Assembly (NCBI GenBank): GCA_048940645.1
Contig: JBHLOI010000056.1
Span: 1,182-18,328 of the forward strand
DNA from: Promethearchaeota archaeon
GTDB taxonomy: Archaea > Asgardarchaeota > Lokiarchaeia > Sigyniarchaeales > SOKP01
Direction: 5' to 3'
Length of the DNA stretch: 17,147 nucleotides
Part shown: piece by piece, positions 7,181-16,232 of the stretch
How the letters are laid out: each line of letters begins with the position of its first letter
How positions within the stretch are numbered: the first letter of the stretch is position 1
The notes under the pieces: model-generated
Told to the model about the DNA's origin: nothing
Databases searched by the model: none
Seen by the model: the letters and a program-made list of their open reading frames with translations, nothing else
Position numbers and translations under genes: made by a program

Positions 7181-10100
7181 TTAATTCCCTCCATTTTGTA
7201 AATTATCACTTTTTTCAATTTTAGAATCCACTTGCTCTTTAAAACCTTTTTCGGATTTGACGGTTTTTAATTCTATTTGGTTTATTTTGTTATTAAAAGT
7301 CTCTTTAACAATTTCTTCTCTTTTACTAAGCCCTATTGGTTTAATTTTCTTTCCCTTCCTAACTTTTTTTCTTAATTTTCTGATTTTTCTTACCAAAGGA
7401 GGATATTTGAAGTGTTTCTGATATAATCCAAATACCAAAAGAAGCCCTATTATTATTGAAGAAAAAATAATTACAAGCAAGGTTAAGTCTAAGCCTTCTC
7501 TTATATTAACACTCAAAGTTATCTCATAGCTCTCAAAATCGTAATCATCTCCTGCAGAAGCTGTTATTGTTATGATATAAGTTCCTGAAGGTACGTTTAC
7601 TAAATCTGCCTCATAAATACCATCATTGTCAGGATCTAAAAGTAATCCTTGTCCATAAGCCCATTTATAAGTTACTGTAGCATTTTTAATAAGTTCGCCA
7701 AATGGAAGCATATTGGTATTATTTAATATTATAATTAGTTTAATAGTATCTCCTTCTAATCCAGTTATATAAGGTTGTCGCGTATCAGTACTCGGTGTTA
7801 TCTTTATGCGGTTGGTGGTAATCCTTAAATCTATGGTTCTTATCTGGAAATTGTTTGCATGAGCCACAATTGTAAAAAGACTCACCCCAATCTTTAGTTC
7901 AGTTACATTGAGATAGATGCTATATTTGTTAACATTTTCCGTGAAATTTATTGTAAGACCCTCACCTATTAATTGAACTAATGCACCAGAAATAGGACTT
8001 CCAGTTTGATTATCAGTGTAGTAGACTGTTATATTTAGAATATCGCCTATCGTAGCTTCAATAACAGGATCAAAACATGGATCACCATCTAAATATAACT
8101 CTAATTTTGATTCTCTTTCAACTACCTCAACGAAAAACTGAATACTTTGAGGTTGATAATTATCCAGCTGCGCAAATAGCGTTAAAACAGTAATTCCTTG
8201 GTCTAAATCATTTGTATCTACAGTTATATTATAATGATTACCTGTTTCAGTTAAAGATCCTCTTCCTATTAATGTTACAGAAGCACCATTAAGAAATTGT
8301 TTAGTTAAATTATCTCTATAGAATACTGTAACATTTATAAATTCATTAACTTCAACTTGAATTTGGTCACCATCATTCTTTGGAGTTCCATCTAAAAATA
8401 ATAGTAATTCTGTTTCTCTTTCCACTATTTCAACGAAAAATTGAATACTCTCAGATTGATAATTGTCCAATTGAGCAAATACGGTTAAAACAGTAATTCC
8501 AGGATTTAAATCATCGGTATCTACAGTAACATTATATTGGTTATTTATTTCAGTTAAATCTAAATCTATTCCTTTTCCTAATAAAGTTACATTGGCACCT
8601 CTAAGATATTGTTTGGTAATATTATCTTGGTAAAATACTGTAACATTTATGAATTCATCAGCTTGAACTTGGATTGTATCTTTATCTTTTTTTGGAACAC
8701 TATCTAAAAATAATGTTAAAGAAGACGTTAATTCAGTTATTGAAACCCTAATTAAAACAGACTGGGGTTCATATTTATACGGATTTATTGAAATTACGAA
8801 TGATTGAAGCGTAAGTGCGGCATAAGCTGACGTATTACATTCTAATTCATACTGTCCAACACTGGGTTGAGTTAAGTGATAATCACCTAGCCATTCATCA
8901 ATAGTAATATCTGTGGTATCAATCCCAATTAGAGGATTATTCTTTTCAGTATAACTAAATTGTACTGTAAAATTTTGTTTCCAGGGAACAGTAAAAAAAT
9001 CAGTTATGACATTCAGAATTGTCTGTTTAATTACCTCAACTGTAATATTTATGATTTTATTTGAATAATAGGTTGAATTAGCATAAACTGTTATAGTATT
9101 ATTTCCTGCATTGGCTTTAGTAGCATTAAATTCATATAAGTAAAAGCCTGGGCTTATTCTATCAAAAGTTTCAATTGTTCCAGTAAAATCTGTGTACACT
9201 AATGCATAATCTATTGCTGTACCATCTATTAAATCACTAAATGAAACTTTAATATTGATTATTCTATCGTCTAATATATTTTCAATGAAAAAAATACCCT
9301 GATCAGGATAAAGGACAGACTCATGGATTACTATAAATTTTTTATAAATAACTCCTGTTTCATTTGAACTAAAGAATGAATGTGAATTATTCCAAGTAAT
9401 AATAGCCTCATATAATCCTGTTTCATAATTTGGAACATCATCAGGTATCATAATAGGATCAAAAAACACCATTCCTGTATCATCTACAGGCTTTATCTGA
9501 TTTTGCGCTGACCAAATCGTACCGTTTGGAAATCTTATTTGAAGCTGAGCTTTTGTTTGTTGGATATATCCAGAAATCAGCTGGGAATTATTAACCTTCC
9601 CCGTAATGTTAATGTATTCTCCACTTAAAAATTCATTATTAAGCTCCCAATCGCCTGTAGCATTATTGTACATACTTATTTCTTTACAGTAATTAGGTGA
9701 TACTGCTGTTAGCTTCCAGAATCCATTTGTATTACTTGTTATGGAACTTACTGGAATATTTACAATCTTTTTATTTCCATATTTTTTTATAGAAGTTTCA
9801 GAAAGAGAATTAGGATTTTGAGAGAAAAATACTCCTGTTAAACTATAATCCGATGGATATTCAACTGTCAAATTTGTTTCTTCGTATCCTGCTGGAATCT
9901 CCATATGTGCATATGTAGTCCAATTCACATTACTATTGTTAGAAACAATAAAAGCTGAGCCTTGATAATTTAGATCAGGATCAGCTGTATAATAACTTTC
10001 AGGGGTAGACTTATTTATATATAAAGTTAAATTTGTTTCAAGCTCAATCTTATAACTTCTCAAGCTCCCATCGTCAATAAAAACTAAAGGCCAATTAAGG

Positions 10101-11212
10101 TTACTACTAAAATTGGCAATTACTGAGGATTGCGTGCTCCCATCCCAAGAACCTAAAATTTTAAGATAACCCTCACCATTATTTACAGGATCATCATTAA
10201 TTTGTATATTGTTTAATTTTAATTCAAGTTCATTTGGTTTTGCCTTAGCCTTTACGACCAAGGAAACGTTATCTATCAATACGCCATAGGAAGGTATACC
10301 ATAACCACCATAAGATCCACCAGTTCTTTCAAATTCTAAAGTAATATTCGCATTATTAAATCCTATAGGAAAGACTTCTTCTAAATTATCAATCCTTTCT
10401 TCTTCATCACTCCATTCATTACCGCTTACATCATATAAAGAATAAAGATTTCTACTCATTACTGTAATGTCATTTACTTTTATTCTGAATGTAAAATGGC
10501 CTGCATCTTGATCAGCATATTTTGGATTGATTGCAAGATAGATTGACGCTTCTTCTATCTCTTCTTGAGGAATTGTAAAATCACTAATCCACCAACATTT
10601 ATCACCAGTATCATAACCGAAGCTATCTTCATGTATTCTCAATTCTAAACAATCTGCACCATTTGTACCATCTCCTACACCATCATAATAATTTCCTTCC
10701 ATAGTATTTGATTGTGCCCCATCTAACTCACCAAATGTCCAATTAAGAACTTGATTACTATCATCATCGCCTTTAGTGTAACCGTTATCGCTTCCAGAAT
10801 GAAATGTCCCATTAACTAAATTCCTAATAATATATAAATTCTTTATTGTAGAATTTAGTTGATATCCCATCCAGTCGGTATCTAATTTTATTTGTTGATC
10901 GGCATTATAAGAATTATTATTTAATCTTACTTCCAAATTAGTTTTTGTTTGATAAGCATAGTGAGTTACATTCCAAGCACTCCCTTTATCGGTAAAAGTA
11001 TTATCAGAAGTTAAATCTTGAGTTTCTAAATTCTTAATCTGAAAATCTTCATTCTTAATATATTTTTGATCTTCAGACTCTAAATTAGCATTTATATCAA
11101 GATATTTTAAAGAAGGCAATAAAATAAAACTGATTAAAATGCTCGATAAAACTAAAATACGTTTTTTATCATAGATTTTTAATTTAGCAAACCTACTTAT
11201 TTTTCCTGTCAA
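7181..11212 (-). CDS. Large cell-surface protein with Ig-like repeats, C-terminal TM anchor and basic cytoplasmic tail (surface protein 1)
   Basis: 1343 aa, TTG start after GTGGGG. N-terminal basic+hydrophobic signal/anchor, beta-rich ectodomain with many N-x-S/T sequons, ~101-aa repeats, DPDNDGIY, TM LTLLVIIFSSIIIGLLLVFGL and tail YQKHFKYPPLVRKIRKL. Confidence 0.85.
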   Translation of the reverse strand: MTGKISRFAKLKIYDKKRILVLSSILISFILLPSLKYLDINANLESEDQKYIKNEDFQIKNLETQDLTSDNTFTDKGSAWNVTHYAYQTKTNLEVRLNNNSYNADQQIKLDTDWMGYQLNSTIKNLYIIRNLVNGTFHSGSDNGYTKGDDDSNQVLNWTFGELDGAQSNTMEGNYYDGVGDGTNGADCLELRIHEDSFGYDTGDKCWWISDFTIPQEEIEEASIYLAINPKYADQDAGHFTFRIKVNDITVMSRNLYSLYDVSGNEWSDEEERIDNLEEVFPIGFNNANITLEFERTGGSYGGYGIPSYGVLIDNVSLVVKAKAKPNELELKLNNIQINDDPVNNGEGYLKILGSWDGSTQSSVIANFSSNLNWPLVFIDDGSLRSYKIELETNLTLYINKSTPESYYTADPDLNYQGSAFIVSNNSNVNWTTYAHMEIPAGYEETNLTVEYPSDYSLTGVFFSQNPNSLSETSIKKYGNKKIVNIPVSSITSNTNGFWKLTAVSPNYCKEISMYNNATGDWELNNEFLSGEYINITGKVNNSQLISGYIQQTKAQLQIRFPNGTIWSAQNQIKPVDDTGMVFFDPIMIPDDVPNYETGLYEAIITWNNSHSFFSSNETGVIYKKFIVIHESVLYPDQGIFFIENILDDRIINIKVSFSDLIDGTAIDYALVYTDFTGTIETFDRISPGFYLYEFNATKANAGNNTITVYANSTYYSNKIINITVEVIKQTILNVITDFFTVPWKQNFTVQFSYTEKNNPLIGIDTTDITIDEWLGDYHLTQPSVGQYELECNTSAYAALTLQSFVISINPYKYEPQSVLIRVSITELTSSLTLFLDSVPKKDKDTIQVQADEFINVTVFYQDNITKQYLRGANVTLLGKGIDLDLTEINNQYNVTVDTDDLNPGITVLTVFAQLDNYQSESIQFFVEIVERETELLLFLDGTPKNDGDQIQVEVNEFINVTVFYRDNLTKQFLNGASVTLIGRGSLTETGNHYNITVDTNDLDQGITVLTLFAQLDNYQPQSIQFFVEVVERESKLELYLDGDPCFDPVIEATIGDILNITVYYTDNQTGSPISGALVQLIGEGLTINFTENVNKYSIYLNVTELKIGVSLFTIVAHANNFQIRTIDLRITTNRIKITPSTDTRQPYITGLEGDTIKLIIILNNTNMLPFGELIKNATVTYKWAYGQGLLLDPDNDGIYEADLVNVPSGTYIITITASAGDDYDFESYEITLSVNIREGLDLTLLVIIFSSIIIGLLLVFGLYQKHFKYPPLVRKIRKLRKKVRKGKKIKPIGLSKREEIVKETFNNKINQIELKTVKSEKGFKEQVDSKIEKSDNLQNGGN
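7808..8728 (-). repeat. Three tandem ~303-bp intragenic repeats (Ig-like stalk domains)
   Basis: CAACGAAAAA(C/T)TGAATACT recurs at 8128 and 8431 (303 bp apart). The protein units share LFLD..IQV..INVTVFY.DN.T...L.GA.V.L.G..YN.T..T.DL..G..VLT..AQ.DNY. Confidence 0.85.
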
Positions 11213-11331
11213 TTTAAATCCCCACTAACTATTTCGATTATAAAAATTTTTAAAAAATTTACATAGATAATAAAAATTTCTCTTTAAATATTTTTATTAT
11301 AAAAAAAAGTTATAAAAAGATATACAAAGAC
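11213..11331 (-). promoter_or_regulatory. AT-rich intergenic region: probable oligo-T terminator plus internal promoter separating the two modules
   Basis: The only long gap in the cluster (119 bp). Minus-strand T-tracts follow the stop at 11332, and TTTATAAT lies about 25-30 nt upstream of the TTG at 11212. Confidence 0.45.
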
Positions 11332-12462
11332 TCATTTTTTATACATTTGTTCAAGAAGTTCTAAATGTTTAATAGCTGTATCCTTTTTTAGTTTCTCATC
11401 ATTGATATTTTTTCTAATATTTTCAATCATATATTCTGGATAAAACGGTTGTGCAACAACATCTGTTAAGAGGAAAATCCAATCTAAGCCATTGTCATCT
11501 TTTATAAGTGTTATTATTTTATCTTTTTCTAATAAATTTAAAAACTCTTTAATCTGATCAAAAGTTTCTCCTGGACTTTTTGGGATTTTATTGATGGGAT
11601 ATGCTTTATCTCTAAATAGGGTTATAAAATCGTATTTATCTGGATTTGTCATGGTATTAGCTATTTTTACATTATCTTCAAAATTAGGTTCATATAAGAT
11701 AAAAAAACTTTTTACTTCTTCTAAATATTTCTGAGCTAAATTAGGCGTGGGTAAATTCTTTTTTGCGTCTTCTATTATTTTAGTTGCTGGTGTTCTCATG
11801 ATTGTAAAATCAGAGAGTAAAAACAATGATATATCTTGATCTCCCTCAATCCAGTCTTGCTTAATTAAGTCAGTTTTAATAAAAGGGTCTAATGTAATTT
11901 CGAGATTATAAATTGACCTCCCTAGTTTAACTTCTAAAGTATCTCTTAATTCTTTTCGAGCATATGCTTTTTCTTGTAAGGTTTCTAATATTTTTCTTCC
12001 CTTTTCACTGACATAAATTTGTGCCATTCGTTGTTCTTTACTAAGATTTTTAAGACGTTCAAGGAGAAAGAGAGATGTTTTAAGATAATCTTTTAATTCT
12101 TCATTAATCTCATAGCTTTGAGACGGGTTTTCTACCATTGCATTTAAATAATGCATTGCATTGATATTAATTTCTGAAATCACCGTTTCACCAAATATTT
12201 CAGGGTCTTCATCTAATTCCAACATTAAATTAATCATAAAAGGTACTCTGGAATCCATGCCTGTAAAGTAACTGGAAACGTTTGAGCGTGCTTTTTCCAA
12301 TCTAACTAATACATTGCCTGCTTCTGCAGCTCCAGTAATATGAGCATAAAAAATCCTCATCATATCGTCTAAATCTACGATTAAAGTTTGTGGATAACTA
12401 AATTGCACTGCTAATCCTTCATCAGTCCATCTAGTTATTATAAATCCTTTTGGCATATTCAT
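11332..12462 (-). CDS. Cytoplasmic protein with uDENN/longin-like N-terminus and tandem winged helices (paralog B)
   Basis: 376 aa, aligning end to end with 6053-7180. The real start may be the second ATG (12456, MPKG...), which aligns with paralog A and is well spaced from the SD GGAGTGA. Confidence 0.7.
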   Translation of the reverse strand: MNMPKGFIITRWTDEGLAVQFSYPQTLIVDLDDMMRIFYAHITGAAEAGNVLVRLEKARSNVSSYFTGMDSRVPFMINLMLELDEDPEIFGETVISEININAMHYLNAMVENPSQSYEINEELKDYLKTSLFLLERLKNLSKEQRMAQIYVSEKGRKILETLQEKAYARKELRDTLEVKLGRSIYNLEITLDPFIKTDLIKQDWIEGDQDISLFLLSDFTIMRTPATKIIEDAKKNLPTPNLAQKYLEEVKSFFILYEPNFEDNVKIANTMTNPDKYDFITLFRDKAYPINKIPKSPGETFDQIKEFLNLLEKDKIITLIKDDNGLDWIFLLTDVVAQPFYPEYMIENIRKNINDEKLKKDTAIKHLELLEQMYKK

Positions 12463-12463
12463 T

Positions 12464-15400
12464 TCACTCCATTTTATTATTCTCTAAATTTTTAAAATCC
12501 TCAACTTTAAATTGCTTTTTTTCAAAATCTAAAATTTTAATTTGATCATTATAATTATTTTTCATAATTTCCTTTCGGTTATTTAATGAAATTGATTTTA
12601 TTTTCTTTCCTTTTCTAATTTTCTTTTTAAGTTTCCTTATTTTTCTAACCATGGGAGGATATTTAAAATGGGTTTGATATGATATGAAAACTATAATGAG
12701 GGTTCCAAAAGCGCCCATTAAAGTAAAAATTAGCCAGGAGAGATCAACACCTGCTACAGCTACTACATTTAAGGTAATCTCATAACTTTCAAAATCATAT
12801 TCATCACCTGCAAAAGCTGTTATGGTGATCGTATATGTCCCAGCAGGTACATTCCTTAATATTGCTTCATAAATACCGTCATTATCAGGATCCTGTAATT
12901 CTCCCTGTCCATAAGCCCATCTATATGTGACAGTAGCATTTTTAATGGTTCCTCCAAAATCAATATTGCTCAGTACAATTGATAAAGTGATACCTTCTCC
13001 AGGTTTTATACTAAAGAATGATTCACCTGTTGAGGTATTTATTAAAGTGTTAATTTTACTAACTGTAATCCTCAAATTTAAAGTCTTAATCTGAAAATTG
13101 TTCGCGTGGGCTATAATTGTTAACAAATTAACCCCAATTTTTAACTTTGAAGTATTTAAATAAAGCGTATATTGATTTAATGCGAGAAATTCAGTAAAAT
13201 TCTCCATAAGACTACCATCTATTAATTGGACATTTCCTCCACTTATATGGACGTCAGTCTGATTATCAATATATCTTACCGTTATATTTAAAATACTCCC
13301 TATTGGAGTATCAAAAACGGGATCAGCAGTCTTGTCTATGTTGTTTAAAAATAGTTCAATTTTTGATGCTCGTTCAGAAACCTCAACATAAAATTGAAAG
13401 GTTTGAGGTTGATAGTTATCGATGTGAGCAAAAACAGTTAAGATTGAAATTCCATGTTCTAAATCATTTGTATTTAAATTTAAATTATAATAGTTGCTAA
13501 TTTCGCTAAAATTTCCTATTCCAATTACCACAACCGTTGCACCAGCAAGATGATATTTAGTTAAATTATCTCTATAATAAACTGTGAGATTTAAGAATTG
13601 ATTGACTTCTGCTTGAATGGTGTCAGTTTCATTTCTTTGAATGCCATCTATATACAGTTTTAGTTCTGTAGCTCTTTCAGTGACTTCGACATAAAATTTT
13701 ATATTTTGAGATTGATAATGGCTTAAATTTGCATATATAGTAAGAATTGTTATTCCTTGTTCTAAATCATTTGTATTAATTGTGAAATTGTATTGATTGT
13801 CAATTTCACTAAACATTCCCCACCCAATGAGTTGTACTGTAGCACTAGAAAGATGTTGTTTAGTTAAGTCGTCTCTAAAAAATACTGTCACATTTAAAAG
13901 CTGATTCACTTCAACTTGTACAGTATCACTGTCACTTTTAGGAGTATTATCAACAAATAATAATATTTCTGATGCTTTTTCGAAAACTTCAACATAAATT
14001 TGGATTGTTTGAGTTTCATAATTATTTAATTGAGCATTAATAGTTAAAACATTAAATCCTGGATTTAAATCAATTGAATTTATGGAATAATAATATTGAT
14101 TACCAACTTCACTAAAATTTCCTATACCAAATAAACTAATAGTTGCTCCACTTAAGTGTGTTTTTAAAATGTCATCAAGATAAAAAGCTGTTAGATTTAA
14201 ATATTTATCAACTTCTACTTGAATAATATCATTGTTAAACTTTTGAGTGCTATTGACATATAATCTTAATTCAGTTGTTCTATCAAATACTTCAACGTAT
14301 AATTGAAATGTTCGTATTGTATAATTCTGTAGCTTTGCCATAATGGTTAAAACTTTAAAACCTAAACCTAGGCTATTTGAGTTAAGAATGATATTATATT
14401 GTTCATTTATCTCATCTAAGTTTCCAATCCCTGTTATACTTACATTAGCTCCACTTAAATGTAGTTTACTTGCATAATCCCTATAAAAGGCTGTAATATT
14501 CATTAATTCGTTATATTTTACTTTAACTGTGTTATTATTTGTTCTATCATCACTATCAACAAATAATTGAAATTCAGTTGGGCTTTCTATTATATCCACG
14601 AAAAATGAGATTGATTGTGATTGATAATTACTCCTCTGTGCTATCACCGTCAATGACCAAAGACCTATACCTAATTCGGAGGTACTAATCGTAACTGAAT
14701 ATTGTTCTAGATTTTCTGTCAGATCTCTAGAAATTTTTCCCTCTAATTTAACGGTTGCGCCTGAAATATGGTTCAAGGTTAAGTTATCAAAATAAGTTAT
14801 TGTAATGTTTAGAGAATTAGCTAAGGGTATCTGAATATAGGGATCTGCAGTTCTTTCTTCCGTATTTAAATATAATCGAGATTGGGTACCATAATCAGGA
14901 AAAGTTTCGATATAAGTAATATTTAGATACACTTGATCTATAGAAAAAGTAATATTTCTTCCTAAATCAAAATTATTTGCAATGAAGACTTGTATGGACA
15001 GTGTGATATTTACATCTTTTAAAATTAAATTTTTTACATCGAAACCGCCAGCTTTAGCATCTTGAAAGGTAGTATTCACAGAACTTAATCGTAAGGTTTC
15101 TGAATGGGGGTTATCATTTATTAAAATTCTAACTTCAGAAAATGGGGACAAAGCTGTAGGCCATTCCCGCTCCATTTTAACTTTAAATTTAAGATTTGCT
15201 TGAGATACATAAATATTGCCTCCTGAAATCTGATTTCCTATCTGATTCCATGAGATGGATGAAAATTTATCAACGATTCTTTGATATGTAAAGGTGAGAT
15301 TAAAAGATTTGAATATTAAGGCTTCCCACCTATCATAATCGGGAAAATCATTATCTTCACAATAGATATCAACCCCCAATATTATAGTAAATTCGGAGTG

Positions 15401-16219
15401 AGAAGGATCTTTTTCAAGAGCTAAATTAAGTGCTGTAATAAGATCATTTTCACTTACATATATTAATTCTCTATCGGATAAACTTAATACTGGAGGAAAG
15501 TCTTGTCCTAAATCTGTTGTTTTATATTCACCAACTCTAAATGCATAACTAAGATCTAAATCAGCTATTTCAACGTAGAATGTGGCAGAATCCCAAATTG
15601 CAGATTGTCCTACAATATCGCCAGGAGCATCTACATTACTATCCACAGTCGCGTTGAAAATTACTTCAAGCGAGGTAGATATAATCTCATAATCAGACAT
15701 ATCATTTGGTACACTTATATTTTTCCTAAAGTGGACACTTGGAAAGTTGTGTACTTGACCTGCCCCACCGCTTTCACCTTCATCTAAATAATGATAGATA
15801 TAACATCCAGTAGCATTAATTTCGGCAACATCGGGTAATAGATAATCACTATTATTAAATATACCCCATCCATACCAAGTTGAAGAATTCACTTCACCAG
15901 CTAAAACATCGTATGTATTATTATCTCCTATAACTTTATAATTAGCTTGTTCATTACTTATATTTGCATCCACAGTTGAATTATCTCCTTGTGCTCCCTT
16001 AGTATAAAACCATTCTGCTTGAGTGGAAAAATCATTATTATCCAACCATTCCTTATTATATATATTTTGTCCTGAAGTACGTACTAAATTCTCATCATCT
16101 ATTTGTTTAATGTTGCTTGAACTAATTATAGTATTTTTATAAAGAAAAATTACTGAGGAAAGGATTAATATAATTATCATACCAAATACCATATACTTTT
16201 TTCGGTTCAATTTTAGCAC
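12464..16219 (-). CDS. Large cell-surface protein with six Ig-like repeats, C-terminal TM anchor and basic cytoplasmic tail (surface protein 2)
   Basis: 1251 aa with N-terminal RKKY+hydrophobic segment, acidic beta-rich head, six ~101-aa repeats, DPDNDGIY, TM and tail YQTHFKYPPMVRKIRKL. The start is probably TTG at 16210, with GAGGTG acting as SD, rather than GTG at 16219. Confidence 0.85.
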   Translation of the reverse strand: MLKLNRKKYMVFGMIIILILSSVIFLYKNTIISSSNIKQIDDENLVRTSGQNIYNKEWLDNNDFSTQAEWFYTKGAQGDNSTVDANISNEQANYKVIGDNNTYDVLAGEVNSSTWYGWGIFNNSDYLLPDVAEINATGCYIYHYLDEGESGGAGQVHNFPSVHFRKNISVPNDMSDYEIISTSLEVIFNATVDSNVDAPGDIVGQSAIWDSATFYVEIADLDLSYAFRVGEYKTTDLGQDFPPVLSLSDRELIYVSENDLITALNLALEKDPSHSEFTIILGVDIYCEDNDFPDYDRWEALIFKSFNLTFTYQRIVDKFSSISWNQIGNQISGGNIYVSQANLKFKVKMEREWPTALSPFSEVRILINDNPHSETLRLSSVNTTFQDAKAGGFDVKNLILKDVNITLSIQVFIANNFDLGRNITFSIDQVYLNITYIETFPDYGTQSRLYLNTEERTADPYIQIPLANSLNITITYFDNLTLNHISGATVKLEGKISRDLTENLEQYSVTISTSELGIGLWSLTVIAQRSNYQSQSISFFVDIIESPTEFQLFVDSDDRTNNNTVKVKYNELMNITAFYRDYASKLHLSGANVSITGIGNLDEINEQYNIILNSNSLGLGFKVLTIMAKLQNYTIRTFQLYVEVFDRTTELRLYVNSTQKFNNDIIQVEVDKYLNLTAFYLDDILKTHLSGATISLFGIGNFSEVGNQYYYSINSIDLNPGFNVLTINAQLNNYETQTIQIYVEVFEKASEILLFVDNTPKSDSDTVQVEVNQLLNVTVFFRDDLTKQHLSSATVQLIGWGMFSEIDNQYNFTINTNDLEQGITILTIYANLSHYQSQNIKFYVEVTERATELKLYIDGIQRNETDTIQAEVNQFLNLTVYYRDNLTKYHLAGATVVVIGIGNFSEISNYYNLNLNTNDLEHGISILTVFAHIDNYQPQTFQFYVEVSERASKIELFLNNIDKTADPVFDTPIGSILNITVRYIDNQTDVHISGGNVQLIDGSLMENFTEFLALNQYTLYLNTSKLKIGVNLLTIIAHANNFQIKTLNLRITVSKINTLINTSTGESFFSIKPGEGITLSIVLSNIDFGGTIKNATVTYRWAYGQGELQDPDNDGIYEAILRNVPAGTYTITITAFAGDEYDFESYEITLNVVAVAGVDLSWLIFTLMGAFGTLIIVFISYQTHFKYPPMVRKIRKLKKKIRKGKKIKSISLNNRKEIMKNNYNDQIKILDFEKKQFKVEDFKNLENNKME
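13055..14887 (-). repeat. Six tandem ~303-bp intragenic repeats (Ig-like stalk domains)
   Basis: The (F/Y)V(E/D)-encoding motif recurs at about 13383, 13686, 13989, 14292 and 14595 (303-bp period). Units begin TQSRLYL, TEFQLFV, TELRLYV, SEILLFV, TELKLYI, SKIELFL. Confidence 0.9.
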
Positions 16220-16232
16220 CTCAATTTTATTT

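Noticed and set aside
7808-14887. CRISPR array or mobile-element repeats
   Set aside because: The repeats are degenerate, in-frame 303-bp coding units without spacers. No transposase, integrase or cas gene was seen.
13303-15787. 65-aa and 60-aa + strand ORFs
   Set aside because: Short antisense shadows inside surface protein 2.
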